The notes below the pieces were generated by a model. The model saw nothing but the letters and a program-made list of their open reading frames with translations, did not search any database and was not told where the DNA came from. A stretch of DNA of 64,000 nt from Longimicrobiales bacterium (GTDB lineage Bacteria > Gemmatimonadota > Gemmatimonadetes > Longimicrobiales > Gaopeijiaceae): positions 96,001 through 160,000 of the forward strand of contig CBDDCX010000007.1 in NCBI GenBank assembly GCA_965226375.1, read 5' to 3'. Shown here in pieces: positions 62,222 to 64,000 of the stretch. Each line of letters begins with the position of its first letter. Within the stretch, counting starts at the first letter, position 1. The position numbers and the translations under genes were made by a program.

Positions 62222-63141
62222 CGTCCCTCGAGCCACCACTGCTGTGTTCCGGGGTGGAGGGGGATGGGAGAGTCCTGCAGGAAATCGAGATCGATTTGAC
62301 GGGCCATGCTGTGGACGCGCTCGATGCTGGCGCGCTGTTCCGTCAGGACGTTCAGCACACTCAATACGACGTCGTTCGACAATCTCTCGGGCGCGATGAC
62401 CCAGTTGAGCAATACCGCCGTCGGAAGTATCTCATCCACGCCGGGATACACGCCGGCGGGAATCTCGCCAGCGTCGAAGTACGGATAGAGGTCCATGAGC
62501 TCCTGGATGCGGTCGACGGCCAGAGGTAGGAGACGCACGCCACCCGTGGTGGTCGCCTCCAGAACGGCCGCCGCCGGATAGCCCACACTGATGATGGCCG
62601 CGTCGATGGCGCGGTCCTTCAGCGCGCCGGCCGACTCGTTGAACGTGAGGTAGCGAACCTCAACGTCATCGTAGGTCAGGCCGTGGACCTCGAGGATCCT
62701 ACGCGACATCTGCTCCGTTCCACTCCCGGGTGCCCCCACCGACACGCGCTGCCCTCTGAAGTCGGCCACGGACTCCGCCTCGGAAGAGGCTGAGACGAGA
62801 ATGTGGGTGAAGTTCGGGTAGAGGGGCGCCACGATTCGGAGGTCCTCCATCGGGTCACCGAAGTCCGGGCTGCCGTAGTACGCCTCCCATATCGAGTTGG
62901 CCGTAGAGAACGCAAGATCGATCTGGCCGGCGCGGATGCGGTTGATGTTCTCTACCGCGCCACCCGTGACCTCGGCGGTGTACGTTCGGGTGGAGTCCGC
63001 AAGCGACATGAGGCTGGCCATGGCCCCCCCGAGCGGATAGTAGATCCCGCCCGTTCCGGCCGTTCCGATGCTCAAAAAGCGTGGCGCACCGGAGCCCTCA
63101 CCCGTACACGCCGAACCGATCAGGGCAAGAATCCCGAACAC
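62218..63141 (-). CDS. TAXI-family TRAP transporter solute-binding protein
   Basis: IGTAGTGGIYYPLG, TGGAVEN, GAPGSGT, IPLHPG. Confidence 0.92.
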   Translation of the reverse strand: MFGILALIGSACTGEGSGAPRFLSIGTAGTGGIYYPLGGAMASLMSLADSTRTYTAEVTGGAVENINRIRAGQIDLAFSTANSIWEAYYGSPDFGDPMEDLRIVAPLYPNFTHILVSASSEAESVADFRGQRVSVGAPGSGTEQMSRRILEVHGLTYDDVEVRYLTFNESAGALKDRAIDAAIISVGYPAAAVLEATTTGGVRLLPLAVDRIQELMDLYPYFDAGEIPAGVYPGVDEILPTAVLLNWVIAPERLSNDVVLSVLNVLTEQRASIERVHSMARQIDLDFLQDSPIPLHPGTQQWWLEGR

Positions 63142-63274
63142 CAGTACGAGAGCTATTCTACGGCCGGCGATGCGTTTAATCGACTCGATGCTGTCCCCCA
63201 GAGTTATGGTCCAAACGTCCCTCTAGCGTGCCGCTTCCAAGGCTCGTCGAGACACCTTGGCAACGCGACAATAG

Positions 63275-63475
63275 CTACTTCCTCGAAAGGATAACGGCCA
63301 GAGTCAGCATTCCGAAGCCGTCCGAAGGGAGCCCCGGCAGCATGAGCGCAACCGCGGCTGCGGCGAGCACGGCCCTCTCCAAAGGGGTCAACGATCGGCG
63401 GCCGAAACCGACTCCTGCAGAGGCCAGCGCGGTGACGCCCGCCGTGGCAGTACAGAAGGCAAATGTGATCCCTGC
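63275..63475 (-). pseudogene. C-terminal relic of a TRAP 4TM/12TM fused permease
   Basis: TATAGVTALASAGVGF...LTPLERAVLAAAAVALMLPG..SD, directly upstream of the TAXI gene; no start. Confidence 0.6.
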
Positions 63476-63489
63476 CGGACGATCCTCCG

Positions 63490-64000
63490 TCACCCGTTGA
63501 AGATCGCGATGATGGCTGCGATGCCGACCGGTATGACGAGCATGCCGACCGCCGCCGGAACCCACGCTTCTCTACCGCCGATCCTGGCCGCGCCGAGTCC
63601 CACCAAGAGCCATGCCCACAAACTGAACAGATCCAGCAGGCTGAGAAAACGGACTACGTAGCCGTCCTCGAGAAAGAAGGCGAACGTACCCACGGAGAGC
63701 AGGAGCTGGAGATCGCCGGCCATGATCTTCAGGGGTAGCACCACGATACCGGACGTAGCGGCAATGAGCTGGGCGTGTACGGTCACAGCCAGATACTGAC
63801 GGTAGGTGCCTTCGTCGCCCAAAATGAAGGCGAACACGAACGTCACCAAGCCCGCAAGAGCCGCCACAATGACCGAGAACGACAAGAAAGCGGCCGCTGC
63901 ACCGCCGAAGCGGATGAGCCCCACGTTGCTCTCCATCGCTGACGGAACGGGCTGTCCCCTCTCCAAAAAACTCCGGCGGAGCTCGGCGAGATAGAGTTCC
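63490..64000 (-). CDS. Yip1-like membrane protein, 5' end outside the window
   Basis: Several TM helices, TYRQYLAV, LDLFSLW. Confidence 0.65.
   Translation of the reverse strand, partial: ELYLAELRRSFLERGQPVPSAMESNVGLIRFGGAAAAFLSFSVIVAALAGLVTFVFAFILGDEGTYRQYLAVTVHAQLIAATSGIVVLPLKIMAGDLQLLLSVGTFAFFLEDGYVVRFLSLLDLFSLWAWLLVGLGAARIGGREAWVPAAVGMLVIPVGIAAIIAIFNG

Overview
High-GC bacterial chromosome segment. Gene content suggests Gemmatimonadota (inference): M28/M24/S9 peptidases, ADOP-type permease, DUF5916, TIGR02999-like ECF sigma factor, and Ser/Thr-kinase N-termini of the 'RL.AALEG.Y.IERELGEGGMA' type. Core genes include msrP, tex, a DEAD-box helicase, recQ and the caa3-type oxidase genes ctaCDE. 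There are three accessory zones. (1) A tRNA-Asn(GTT) at 10920-10992 seems to have been used as an integration site from both sides. Downstream lies a 3.9-kb integrase-less island ending in a copy of the tRNA 3' half. Upstream lies a ~0.9-kb remnant with an integrase catalytic domain and a degenerate copy of the tRNA 5' side. Each carries its own 12-bp-period arm-like repeats. Next to them is a large Ig/DUF11/LRR lipoprotein. (2) A 6.9-kb nest at 15427-22285 holds three IS481 pieces, an IS3-family element and a class IIC group II intron. (3) An IS481 lies inside a DUF5916 gene, and an IS1595 abuts the oxidase operon. Single-base frameshifts, mostly in homopolymers, and two scrambled IS3 mosaics point to a long-read consensus from a heterogeneous population, so pseudogene and rearrangement calls need read-level checks. 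No CRISPR array, DGR or retron was found. The best novelty candidates are the two-sided tRNA integration site, a small membrane protein with a metallothionein-like 8-Cys motif behind an ECF-type promoter, and an IS3-family element found only inside other mobile elements.
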